NCBI GenBank assembly: GCA_016176525.1
Contig: JACOWZ010000003.1
Coordinates: 192,001-256,000 of the forward strand
DNA length: 64,000 bases
Source of the DNA: Candidatus Colwellbacteria bacterium
GTDB taxonomy: Bacteria; Patescibacteriota; Minisyncoccia; UBA6257; Colwellbacteraceae
Direction: 5' to 3'
Shown: piece by piece, positions 9,260 to 18,566 of the stretch
How the letters are laid out: each line of letters starts with the position of its first letter
Position numbering within the stretch: position 1 is the stretch's first letter
Made by a program: the position numbers and the translations under genes
The notes under the pieces: generated by a model
What the model was told of the DNA's origin: nothing
Database searches by the model: none
Seen by the model: the letters and a program-made list of their open reading frames with translations, nothing else

Positions 9260-9610
9260 TTATTGGCCTGTGGCAAGAAAACCTTGAATCGCTTTGGGTA
9301 TGCCCCAAGCGACTACCGCAACCGCTACAGCGACCACTGACCAAACTAAAATACTTTTTGCTTTGTCTAATTCTTCGGTATTTCCTCTTGCTAAGAGATA
9401 TACAACTCCAGCGTAAAGAAACAAGAAAGAAGCCGCAACTAAGAATAATCCAAACAAAAAGTTAAATATTCTTGTGAGCAAACCCATAAAACCGGAAATG
9501 TCTTCGAATGCAGTTGAGGGAGCATCTTGCCCCAAGGCAATGGATGATGCTGCCAAAACAACCGCCACAAATAACACCGCTGTTACAACCTTTTTGTCTA
9601 ACGCTAACAT
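9260..9610 (-). CDS. Two-TM pilin-like small membrane protein (VirB2/TrbC-like T4SS pilin family), paralogue 1
   Basis: Signal/TM segment then a second TM. Shared paralogue motif G(N/G)x6AKx8Gx6AW (ARGNTEELDKAKS...VAWGI). Confidence 0.6.
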   Translation of the reverse strand: MLALDKKVVTAVLFVAVVLAASSIALGQDAPSTAFEDISGFMGLLTRIFNFLFGLFLVAASFLFLYAGVVYLLARGNTEELDKAKSILVWSVVAVAVAVVAWGIPKAIQGFLATGQ

Positions 9611-9657
9611 TTTATAACTTAGTAGTCTTAATATCGACCTTTCTTATTATAAAACAA

Positions 9658-9933
9658 TTATACACTACCTGCGTCCGGCGCGCCAAGTAAAACTTCGTTT
9701 AAGACAAAAATAAAACCTTGGGCAACAAGCACAAGCGCCAAACCAATTATTGCATATAGAATAATCTTTTTACCTTCGGTGATTTTCTCCGGAATACCAC
9801 CCGACGTCAAGAGCTTAAAAGCCCCCCACAAGATCATAATAGATGCAATTGGTATCGCAATAGCAGTAAGAAAACCAAAAACTAGCGCAATAAGCTCGGG
9901 GAAGGTTTCTGCTTTAAATGGGTTTTCTATCAT
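9658..9933 (-). CDS. Two-TM pilin-like small membrane protein, paralogue 2
   Basis: 91 aa with two hydrophobic helices flanking GGIPEKITEGKK, the same architecture as its neighbours. Confidence 0.6.
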   Translation of the reverse strand: MIENPFKAETFPELIALVFGFLTAIAIPIASIMILWGAFKLLTSGGIPEKITEGKKIILYAIIGLALVLVAQGFIFVLNEVLLGAPDAGSV

Positions 9934-9940
9934 AGTATTG

Positions 9941-10303
9941 TTATAGGCAATTTAACCCGCCAGCAAATGGATTTATATTCCAACCTGTACAGTCAGTGAA
10001 AACAGTTACTATCGTATTTACTATAAGCCATGCAGAGAGCACGATTACAAACCCAACAATTGCATTAAATACACTCTTGCCCGCCTTCTCCAGCTTATAT
10101 GGGTTGCCTTGTGCAAGCATAAATTGAAAACCGCTCCAAATTACCATTAACACAACTATAACGCCTGCAAGAAAAATTCCAAAGTTGAATATATTATAAA
10201 AAAGTTCAAATAAATGCTCCGTGGTGCATTTCTCCAAACCTCCGGCGCCGGTCGGAGAACACTCTGGCACAAGCGCGGCTTGGGCAATTTGTATTAAATT
10301 CAT
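9941..10303 (-). CDS. Two-TM pilin-like small membrane protein, paralogue 3
   Basis: Carries AQGNPYKLEKAGKS...SAWLIVNTI, the motif shared with the 39663-39980 protein. Confidence 0.6.
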   Translation of the reverse strand: MNLIQIAQAALVPECSPTGAGGLEKCTTEHLFELFYNIFNFGIFLAGVIVVLMVIWSGFQFMLAQGNPYKLEKAGKSVFNAIVGFVIVLSAWLIVNTIVTVFTDCTGWNINPFAGGLNCL

Positions 10304-10376
10304 CCCCTCACCTAAGCGTTACCAAGTTTTGACCTTTTTTATATTTCATAATCATTTTAGGTGCGGGGATTCATTT

Positions 10377-11651
10377 TTACCTTGGCCTAGATGTTATTAG
10401 TTTTGTAACTTCTTCCGCGGCTAAACTAAGAGCTCTTTGTATACTTGCTCTATCACTTAAGAATGATAATAACATCTTGTCCCACGCTCGGGCAACTTCT
10501 GTGTGGTCGGGGTTTCTCCAGCTTTGTGCACTAAGCGACTGGAGAGCAAAAACTTTAAGCGTTGGGTTTGTTTGATATCGGGCTATAAGCTCGCGAAGCG
10601 CAGGCGGATTACCAGCTATCTTCAAATATTCACCTGCCGGACCAGAATTTAAGGCAGCGAATGTTATAAAGTCCCATGCGGTACCTCTGCTTTTGGTTGC
10701 GTTTGAGGCAGTAAGAGCCCAATATTTTGCATAGTTTACCGGTTGGTCTATATCAAATTGAGGAGCCGGCAATATGCCGATTCTTACGCCCGGATTCATC
10801 GCTTTAATTTGCGGAATTTGGCTAAAATATGCGAAAACTGCAGCAGTCTTGCCATCTGCAAAGGACTTTAGTGAATTATCAAAGGATTCCTCCCATGCAT
10901 AGCTTATATTTTGTTTATTAGAAAACTTCATGTAAAACTCGGAGGCCTCTAAACCGGACGACGAATTAAATGTCGCTCTTTGATAATCAAGGTCGGTCAG
11001 CCTTGCACCATGCTGCAGCATTAAAAGCCGTAGAATATCAGCGGAGTTTGCAACGCTTTTTTCGCTTCCGCCCAAAGACACAGAAGCCCGTGTTAGTATG
11101 CCGCCTTCTATTCTTCGCAGTCGCGGAATCCATCTTTGCACCTCGTCCCAATTTGACTGCGGAGAAGCAACACCGGAGGCATCAAATAAACCTACATTGT
11201 ATATAAGAGCGAGGGTATCTATAGAAAGAGGTAGCCCCCAAACTGCGCCGCCGTCTACAAAATCACTGCTTACAACAGCCGGGAATTTCTCGGTAACAGT
11301 TGCAGGAGAAATTAAATCTGCTGGAGCGGAGACAATTTTGTTTTTATGCTTAGTAAACCAATCGTTCCTAAATATAAAGACATCGGGGCCGGTGCCGGCT
11401 GCCATATTATCTAAAAGCGTCTTTTCATAAACATCTTCGTCAAATCCTGTGTAAGTTATTCTTGTTCTCGGATGCAATGTCGAATACGCACCTATGAGCG
11501 CGTTCCAAGCCGGAGTTTCTTGTTCCAGACCCCAAAAAGAGAGCTGCGCAACGGAACTCTGCGGCGGCCTGCGGCCAACAATGAGCAAAAGAGAGAATAA
11601 AAATACCACGCCGATCGCTATTGCAATTATTATTTTCTGGTTCTTAGTCAT
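10377..11651 (-). CDS. Extracellular solute-binding protein (ABC-type, family 1), orphan
   Basis: N-terminal TM/signal anchor and a ~400-aa periplasmic-binding-protein-like body. No permease or ATPase genes are adjacent. Confidence 0.7.
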   Translation of the reverse strand: MTKNQKIIIAIAIGVVFLFSLLLIVGRRPPQSSVAQLSFWGLEQETPAWNALIGAYSTLHPRTRITYTGFDEDVYEKTLLDNMAAGTGPDVFIFRNDWFTKHKNKIVSAPADLISPATVTEKFPAVVSSDFVDGGAVWGLPLSIDTLALIYNVGLFDASGVASPQSNWDEVQRWIPRLRRIEGGILTRASVSLGGSEKSVANSADILRLLMLQHGARLTDLDYQRATFNSSSGLEASEFYMKFSNKQNISYAWEESFDNSLKSFADGKTAAVFAYFSQIPQIKAMNPGVRIGILPAPQFDIDQPVNYAKYWALTASNATKSRGTAWDFITFAALNSGPAGEYLKIAGNPPALRELIARYQTNPTLKVFALQSLSAQSWRNPDHTEVARAWDKMLLSFLSDRASIQRALSLAAEEVTKLITSRPR

Positions 11652-11656
11652 CCAAC

Positions 11657-14086
11657 TTATATAACTACTGTACCTGCAACTTTATCCCCCGGATTAAGCT
11701 TCATAATGCGCACACCCTGTGCGGACCTGCCAGTGCGGCGAATGCCTTTTAGCTCTGTTTTAATCATTTGGCCTTTAACGGAAACTGCAAGCAACTCACG
11801 CTCGTCCATTATAACATGCGAAGAAATAAGCTCGCCTGTCTTAGGAGTTATTTTTGCGGTTGCGATCCCGGAGCCTCCGCGTTTCTGCAGGCGATATTCC
11901 TTAAGCGGCGTAAACTTGCCGAAACCATTAGACATAATAACCAATAAATTAGCCTGATTTTGTAAGGGTGAAATTATATCCATTGAGCTTACAAAGTCGC
12001 CGGAGCCCAAGCGTATTCCGCGCACACCCGCGGCGGCTCGGCCCATTGCGCTTACATCAGACTCTTTAAATCTGATAGAGCGGCCCTTAGAAGTTGTAAG
12101 AATAATTTCGTCTTTCGGAGAAACAAGCTTTACCCATTTTAACGTATCTTTGCTTTTTAACTTTATGGCAATAATTCCGCTTCTTCTGACGTTTGCAAAA
12201 TCCTGAAGCGTGGTCTTTTTTATAACACCACCCTTTGTAACCATCAATACATTTCGCTTGTCATCTTTTTGGGAAGTGTAAGAAACCAACGCGCTAACAC
12301 CCTTATCCATAGGTATTTCTAAAAAGCCATGTATAGATTTACCTTTTGAAATCCGCGAGGCAACGGGAATTTCGTAAGCTTTGGTTTGATAAACTATTCC
12401 ATTTTCGGCGAAAAACAGCATATTGTCGTGCGAGCTCGCACGTTGGAAGTGGGCTAATATATCAGCCTCATCAACATCCGAGCCTATTATTCCTTTGCCG
12501 CCGCGCTTCTGTAGTTTAAATGTTTTTGGCGGCAGGCGCTTGATGTAGCCGTCTTCGGACATTGTAATAATAACTTCTTCTTTAGGGATTAAATCTTCTA
12601 CTTTAAATTCCTTGAGGCCCGATACAACTACTTTTGTGCGGCGCTCATCGCCAAACCTTTTCTTAATATCTGCGAGCTCGTCTTTTATAACATCTAATAT
12701 TTTTGCAGGAGACTTTAGTAAAAGCGTTAGTTCTTTAATAATCTTTAGTTTTTCTTTAAGTTCAGCCTCAATTTTTTCGCGTTCAAGCGCAGCAAGTGTT
12801 TGCAATTTCATCTCTAAAATAGCCGTTGCCTGCAAATCGCTAAGTTTAAAATTCTTTACTAAGTTTTTATGAGCTGCTTCTTTATCGGAAGATTTTTTAA
12901 TAGTTGCAATTATTTTGTCTATTACCCCAAGCGCTTTTGAGAGACCCTCCAAAATATGCGCTCTTTCTTTTGCGCGCGCCAAATCAAACTCCGCACGGCG
13001 GCGAACCACGTTTTTCCTGTGTTCTATAAAATCAGCTAGCGCATCTTTAATTGTAAGAGTGCTGGGTTTTAGACCTTCGCGCAGGCCCAGTAAATTAAGG
13101 TGAAAATCTTTTTGGAGATCTGTCGAATTGTAGAGCTGGTTTAAAAGTTTTTGCGGCACGGCGTCTGATTTAAGGTCTATAACTATACGCAAACCCTCTC
13201 TATCTGACTCATCTCTTAAATCTTTTATGCCTTCAATTCTCTTGTCTTTTACAAGTTCTGCAATTTTAACTACAAGGTCGGCTTTGTTAACTTGATATGG
13301 AATTTCCGTGATGACTATTTTTTTCTCATCAACCTCCGTTAGCGCGCGCACTGTAATAGTGCCGCGGCCTGCAGCGTAGGCATCTCCAATCGCACGCTTG
13401 TTGTAGATTATTCCGCCTGTCGGAAAATCTGGTCCCTTAATAAATTCCATTAAATCTTCTGATGTAGCGTGCGGCGCTTCAATTAAGTGGAGTATTGCGT
13501 CGGATACCTCGCTTAAATTGTGCGGAGGAATTTTTGTAGCCATTCCTACCGCTATGCCATCCGAGCCGTTTATAAGCATATTGGGTATTTTAGTGGGAAG
13601 CACGGAGGGCTCTTTGCGCGATGCATCGTAGTTTGGAGTAAAGTCTACGGTGTCGCGGTCTATGTCGGCCAAAAGTTCTTCTGCGATTTTAGACAAACGG
13701 CATTCTGTATAACGCATTGCTGCCGGGTTGTCGCCGTCTATTGAGCCAAAGTTGCCCTGCCCCTGGATTAAGGGGTAGCGTAAAGAAAAATCTTGAGCCA
13801 TTCTGGTTAGGGCATCGTAAACCGAAGTATCTCCATGCGGGTGGTAGCGGCCCAAAGTTTCTCCAACCACGTTTGCAGACTTGCGTAATTTTGCAGAAGA
13901 AGTTAGCCCAGAGTCCCACATGGCCCAAAGAATGCGCCTGTGCACAGGTTTTAAGCCGTCGCGCGCGTCAGGCAAAGCGCGGCCAACAATGACAGACATT
14001 GCATAGTCTAAATAAGACTCTTTAAGTTCGGTGGTTATTTCGCGCCTGCTTATTTTCCCGCCTGTATTTTTCTCTAAGTCAGCCAT
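11657..14086 (-). CDS. gyrA: DNA gyrase subunit A
   Basis: N-terminal [25 protein letters not shown] with the catalytic Tyr region. The C-terminal domain carries the GyrA box. Length is 809 aa. Confidence 0.95.
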   Translation of the reverse strand: MADLEKNTGGKISRREITTELKESYLDYAMSVIVGRALPDARDGLKPVHRRILWAMWDSGLTSSAKLRKSANVVGETLGRYHPHGDTSVYDALTRMAQDFSLRYPLIQGQGNFGSIDGDNPAAMRYTECRLSKIAEELLADIDRDTVDFTPNYDASRKEPSVLPTKIPNMLINGSDGIAVGMATKIPPHNLSEVSDAILHLIEAPHATSEDLMEFIKGPDFPTGGIIYNKRAIGDAYAAGRGTITVRALTEVDEKKIVITEIPYQVNKADLVVKIAELVKDKRIEGIKDLRDESDREGLRIVIDLKSDAVPQKLLNQLYNSTDLQKDFHLNLLGLREGLKPSTLTIKDALADFIEHRKNVVRRRAEFDLARAKERAHILEGLSKALGVIDKIIATIKKSSDKEAAHKNLVKNFKLSDLQATAILEMKLQTLAALEREKIEAELKEKLKIIKELTLLLKSPAKILDVIKDELADIKKRFGDERRTKVVVSGLKEFKVEDLIPKEEVIITMSEDGYIKRLPPKTFKLQKRGGKGIIGSDVDEADILAHFQRASSHDNMLFFAENGIVYQTKAYEIPVASRISKGKSIHGFLEIPMDKGVSALVSYTSQKDDKRNVLMVTKGGVIKKTTLQDFANVRRSGIIAIKLKSKDTLKWVKLVSPKDEIILTTSKGRSIRFKESDVSAMGRAAAGVRGIRLGSGDFVSSMDIISPLQNQANLLVIMSNGFGKFTPLKEYRLQKRGGSGIATAKITPKTGELISSHVIMDERELLAVSVKGQMIKTELKGIRRTGRSAQGVRIMKLNPGDKVAGTVVI

Positions 14087-14619
14087 ATTATTTTAAGTGT
14101 TGCTTCCGACAAATCTTTTTTCTTTATAGTTAATTTATCCGATTTTTCAGGCTTTAACCCAAGCTCATCGGCCAAATATTTTGGATTACCCAAAGACACA
14201 ATAAGTTTTGGCTCAATAGTTTTTATAATTTCCTCTATTTTTTTAGCTTCGGTGGCATTTGCGCCCGCTCCGACAAAAAGAATATCTACTTCGCCAAGCT
14301 TATCAAGCACACTATCGTCCGGCTTGGATTTAAGCTCCCCCAAAAAACAAAGATTTATTTCGTCCATATGCGCAATGTATGCAGTTCTTAAAAACTTCGC
14401 AGTAGATTCTTTAGGCAATGATATACCCCTGATTTTCACTCCCGCCATTTCGTATTCTCCTGGGCCCTGTATAATACTGCCTGGGGCATTTTTTATAGGC
14501 AGTTCTGTTGCGGTTTTTATAGACACATCGCCAGAACCCTCGCGGGCAGAATCAACATATAGCGAAAAATCCGACAACTGGCACTTAATCTGTCTTTCTC
14601 CCTGAATGGTTATAACCAT
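14074..14619 (-). CDS. MBL-fold (Lactamase_B_3-like) protein apparently lacking the HxHxDH metal motif
   Basis: The C-terminal [37 protein letters not shown] resembles the COG2220 metallohydrolase C-terminus. No His cluster is seen. Confidence 0.45.
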   Translation of the reverse strand: MVITIQGERQIKCQLSDFSLYVDSAREGSGDVSIKTATELPIKNAPGSIIQGPGEYEMAGVKIRGISLPKESTAKFLRTAYIAHMDEINLCFLGELKSKPDDSVLDKLGEVDILFVGAGANATEAKKIEEIIKTIEPKLIVSLGNPKYLADELGLKPEKSDKLTIKKKDLSEATLKIIWLT

Positions 14620-14683
14620 AGACTGTAAATTCTAGCGCAGAACAGCTTGCTTTTCAATTAGAATTGACTATAATATCTGCACT

Positions 14684-15799
14684 ATGGAAACCACAACAAC
14701 TAAAAAAGATTCTCTGCAAATGCAAATTTTGAAAGGCGATGCCTTATCTATGCCTCTTTTAAAGCATGGAGATTTGACGGATGTAAGGTTATTAGAGAAA
14801 ACAAGCAAGGGAGTTTTCTTTGAGATTCCAAAGGTGGGCACGGGCGTTCTATATGGTGCAGAACTGGCAAACGCCAGAGAGATTTTAAAGAAGATGAAAG
14901 TTGGAGACTCGGCCACTGCGAAAGTTGTGCTTGCAGAAAACAAAGACGGTTTGGTTGAGCTATCATTAGCAGAGGCAGGAGCGCAAAAAGTTTGGGCTGA
15001 ACTAAAAGAATTAAAAGAAAAAGACGAACCTATAAAGGTAAAAATAATAAACGCCAACGCCGGCGGCCTAATAGCCGACATATCCGGACTATCTGCTTTT
15101 TTACCTTCTTCGCAACTTTCCAACGAAAATTACCCAAGTGGCCTAGATATGCAAGCCGGCGAAGACAGGACAAAGCTTGCCGAAGAGCTTAAAAAATTTA
15201 TAGGGCAAGAGTTTACTGTAAAGGTATTAAACATTAACCCGCGCAGCGGCAAACTTATAATTTCCGAAAGAGAAGTTGTAAGCCAAAACGTTAAAGAATT
15301 AGTAGAGAAATATAATGCGGGAGATGTTGTCTCCGGCATAGTATCCGGCGTAACTAACTTTGGCGCTTTTATAAAATTTGCAGACCAACCGGAAATTGAA
15401 GGTCTTATCCACATATCTGAACTCGGCCACCGCCTAATAGAGAATCCTAAAGAGATAGTTGCAATAGGCGATATGGTACGCGCTAAAATAATAGATATAA
15501 AAGACGGAAAGGTTTCTCTATCTCTTAAAGCCTTGCAAGTTGATCCGTGGGCAAAAGCTGCAGAAAAATTCAAAGAAGGCGGAAGCATAAAAGGCACCGT
15601 ATACAAATTGAATCCTTTTGGAGCTATAATAATGTTAGGAGGCGACATAACTGGGTTAATCCACGTTTCTGAATTCGGCAGTACGGAAGAATTAAAGAAA
15701 AATCTGACTGTTGGTAAAGAATATAACTTTTTAATTGACTCAGTAAAACCCGAAAACAAACGTATAATTCTAAAACTAGCAAGTGAAAAGTCTGTATAA
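14684..15799 (+). CDS. rpsA: 30S ribosomal protein S1, short four-domain form
   Basis: Repeated S1 domains (GLIHISELGH, GLIHVSEFG). Length is 371 aa. Confidence 0.85.
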   Translation: METTTTKKDSLQMQILKGDALSMPLLKHGDLTDVRLLEKTSKGVFFEIPKVGTGVLYGAELANAREILKKMKVGDSATAKVVLAENKDGLVELSLAEAGAQKVWAELKELKEKDEPIKVKIINANAGGLIADISGLSAFLPSSQLSNENYPSGLDMQAGEDRTKLAEELKKFIGQEFTVKVLNINPRSGKLIISEREVVSQNVKELVEKYNAGDVVSGIVSGVTNFGAFIKFADQPEIEGLIHISELGHRLIENPKEIVAIGDMVRAKIIDIKDGKVSLSLKALQVDPWAKAAEKFKEGGSIKGTVYKLNPFGAIIMLGGDITGLIHVSEFGSTEELKKNLTVGKEYNFLIDSVKPENKRIILKLASEKSV

Positions 15800-17621
15800 A
15801 AATTTTATATGGGTAGTAGTAATACTGCTGGTTTTTTCGTTTTTGGCCTCGTCTTTTGAAACATCTGCGCCAAAAGAAACAATAAGTATAAGTGATCTGG
15901 CCGCAAAAATAACAAATGGCGAGATTACAAAAATTCTTGTAAACGGCGATGAGCTCGCGATTGAAGCGACAAATGGAGAAGAATTCAAAAGCCGCAAAGA
16001 AGACGGCGTTGGGCTAACTGTAACACTCTCAAACTACAACATATCGTCCGAAGCACTCGCTGCAGTTGATATTGAAGTAAAGAGCGAATCTACGCTTACA
16101 TTCTGGGCAAGTCTCTTAATACCTACACTCCTGCCACTTATAATAATTGTCTCTATAATTTTCTGGATGATGCGCCGTGCAAAGGGCGGCATTAACCAAG
16201 CTTTTACATTCGGCAAAGCAAACGTAAAAAGATTTGCGCCTTTTAGGAAAAAGATAACTTTTAAAGATGTTGCAGGGTTAAAAGAGGCAAAACAAGAGCT
16301 GGTTGAGGTAGTGGACTTTCTAAAAAACCCGAAGAAATATCTGGATATAGGCGCAAAAATACCGCGCGGAGTGCTTTTAATGGGTAGCCCCGGCACCGGC
16401 AAGACACTTCTCGCCCGTGCTGTGGCTGGTGAGGCAGATGTGCCGTTTTTCCATATGTCGGCATCGGAGTTTGTGGAGATGTTTGTTGGTGTTGGCGCCA
16501 GTCGGGTGCGCGATTTGTTTGAAACCGCAAAGAAAACTGCGCCTTCAATAATATTTATTGACGAGATAGATGCAATCGGCCGCGAACGCGGAGCTGGCCT
16601 TGGCGGTGGGCACGACGAACGCGAACAAACACTAAACCAGATTTTGGTGGAGATGGACGGCTTTGAAAAAAACACAAAAACCATAGTAATGGCCGCCACA
16701 AACAGACCGGATGTTTTAGACCAAGCATTACTGCGGCCCGGCAGGTTCGACAGAAGAATAGTGCTGGATTTGCCGGATATCGGCGAGCGCGAGCAAATAC
16801 TTACTTTGCATGTGGAAGGCAAACCAATTGCTAAAGATATGGACCTAAGAAAAGTCGCATCGCGTACTCCCGGGTTTTCCGGCGCAGATTTAGAAAACCT
16901 TATGAACGAAGCGGCAATTCTAGCGGCACAAAAGAACGAAAAGGTTATAACCCAGCAAGATATATACGACTCCGTAGAGAAAGTACTCTTGGGTCCGGCG
17001 AGAAAATCACGTCTCGTATCTAAAAGAGAAAAAGAGATAACCGCATACCACGAAGCAGGGCATGCAATTGTCGCGGCGGGGCTAAAAGACTCCGACCCGG
17101 TGCATAAAGTTTCTATTGTTGCGCGCGGAAGAGCCGGAGGCTACACCCTAAAACTGCCGCTTGAAGACAATCGGTTAAAAACCAGATCGCAATTTATGGC
17201 AGACCTTGCGGTTTCTATGGGCGGATACGCCGCGGAAAAAATAACTTTTAACGAACTTACAACCGGCGCCTCAAACGACATTAAAGTTGCTTCCGACCTT
17301 GCTAGAGCGCTTGTTACCCGTTATGGCATGAGCGAAGAATTAGGGCCACAAACTTTCGGCAAAACGGAAGAAATGGTTTTCCTAGGCCGTGAAATAGCAA
17401 CACATAAAGACTATTCAGAAACAGTTGCACAAAAAATAGACGAAGAAGTCAGTAATTTTATAGAAACGGCTTACAAAACCGCAGCGAATATTATATCAAA
17501 ACACAAAAATCTTTTAAAAAAGATTGCAGACGAACTAATTAAGAAAGAAACTCTTGAGCAAGAAGAATTCTATGCGCTAATAGGCAAAGGTTTAAAGCCT
17601 ATGAAAATCTCTGCTCTATAA
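15783..17621 (+). CDS. ftsH: ATP-dependent zinc metalloprotease FtsH
   Basis: N-terminal TM segments, AAA Walker A GSPGTGKT, second region of homology, and the HEAGHA zinc motif. Confidence 0.95.
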   Translation: MKSLYKNFIWVVVILLVFSFLASSFETSAPKETISISDLAAKITNGEITKILVNGDELAIEATNGEEFKSRKEDGVGLTVTLSNYNISSEALAAVDIEVKSESTLTFWASLLIPTLLPLIIIVSIIFWMMRRAKGGINQAFTFGKANVKRFAPFRKKITFKDVAGLKEAKQELVEVVDFLKNPKKYLDIGAKIPRGVLLMGSPGTGKTLLARAVAGEADVPFFHMSASEFVEMFVGVGASRVRDLFETAKKTAPSIIFIDEIDAIGRERGAGLGGGHDEREQTLNQILVEMDGFEKNTKTIVMAATNRPDVLDQALLRPGRFDRRIVLDLPDIGEREQILTLHVEGKPIAKDMDLRKVASRTPGFSGADLENLMNEAAILAAQKNEKVITQQDIYDSVEKVLLGPARKSRLVSKREKEITAYHEAGHAIVAAGLKDSDPVHKVSIVARGRAGGYTLKLPLEDNRLKTRSQFMADLAVSMGGYAAEKITFNELTTGASNDIKVASDLARALVTRYGMSEELGPQTFGKTEEMVFLGREIATHKDYSETVAQKIDEEVSNFIETAYKTAANIISKHKNLLKKIADELIKKETLEQEEFYALIGKGLKPMKISAL

Positions 17622-17632
17622 GACTTTCCCTT

Positions 17633-17821
17633 CTATTTCCCAAAGCGGAAACCGGTGTATGCAAGATAGCCAGTGAGAATAACCGCGAGCCAACTTAGCC
17701 ACATCGGCACAGACCACCCGCCTATAACTGCCGACCAGCCGTTAAGAATCCTAAGAGCGTGGACGACTCCGACTATTAAAAATATTGTGCTGGCTACCTT
17801 GAAAAACGTTTTATGAGTCAT
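17633..17821 (-). CDS. Small two-TM membrane protein, hypothetical
   Basis: 62-aa hydrophobic ORF in a compact gap. No other support. Confidence 0.35.
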   Translation of the reverse strand: MTHKTFFKVASTIFLIVGVVHALRILNGWSAVIGGWSVPMWLSWLAVILTGYLAYTGFRFGK

Positions 17822-17867
17822 ATTAACAGAATTATGAATTAAGAATTCCGACCTTTCTTTAATTGTA

Positions 17868-18470
17868 TCAAATAGACTTTATAAGCCACACCAGTTCCGG
17901 AAACGTGCTTTGGTTAAAGTGTTGTTTTTTGCTAAAGATTTTTAGCTCTGCACCTGGAAGTTCGCGTCTATATTTATTTACTTCTTCAAAAGGCACAAGT
18001 GGGTCATCCTTGCTCTGAAAAAAATAAACTCTCTTGCATTGCCTGCTAAATCTGGCAAGGGATCTCGGTAGTTTAAAATCCTTAAAAACTTCGTTGTTCG
18101 TAGAGCCGTTATATGGCGCGGCCACGATTACCACTGCTCCCGGCTTTTTGCGCATAGTGTTCTCTGACAAGTATTTTGCTAAAAACATGCCGCCTAGCGA
18201 ATGACCGATAAAAATCGCCCCGCGTTTTACGAAAGGCAACAATTTCTCAAACCATATTTTCCATTCCTTATAGCGCGCATCAAACCTATTCGGCATCTCG
18301 GGGCTTATCACGTCAAACTTTATGCCAAGTTTTTCCTGCAGAGAATTCTTCCAACCTTCTTTTCTAAAGTAATCAATGCTCTTTACTTTTTTGCCCTTTA
18401 AATAAGCAACTAATTTCTTACGCGAAGCAAACACACCTCCACCTCCTATAACAATAATCTGGCGTTTCAT
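17868..18470 (-). CDS. Alpha/beta-fold serine hydrolase
   Basis: GHSLGG nucleophile elbow. Length is 200 aa. Confidence 0.7.
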   Translation of the reverse strand: MKRQIIVIGGGGVFASRKKLVAYLKGKKVKSIDYFRKEGWKNSLQEKLGIKFDVISPEMPNRFDARYKEWKIWFEKLLPFVKRGAIFIGHSLGGMFLAKYLSENTMRKKPGAVVIVAAPYNGSTNNEVFKDFKLPRSLARFSRQCKRVYFFQSKDDPLVPFEEVNKYRRELPGAELKIFSKKQHFNQSTFPELVWLIKSI

Positions 18471-18478
18471 AACTTTTG

Positions 18479-18549
18479 TGGGAGTACTTGGAGTCGAACC
18501 AAGGACCGTTCTGTATAAGAGAACTGTTTTGCCGTTAAACTATACTCCC
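18479..18549 (-). tRNA. tRNA with anticodon TAT (Ile2-type, would read AUA)
   Basis: The reverse complement gives GGGAGTATAGTTTAACGGCAAAACAGTTCTCTTATACAGAACGGTCCTTGGTTCGACTCCAAGTACTCCCA. It has a 7-bp acceptor stem, anticodon stem GTTCT/AGAAC, loop CTTATAC and TPsiC loop TTCGACT. Confidence 0.7.
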
Positions 18550-18566
18550 GGAGCACGTTCTTGATA

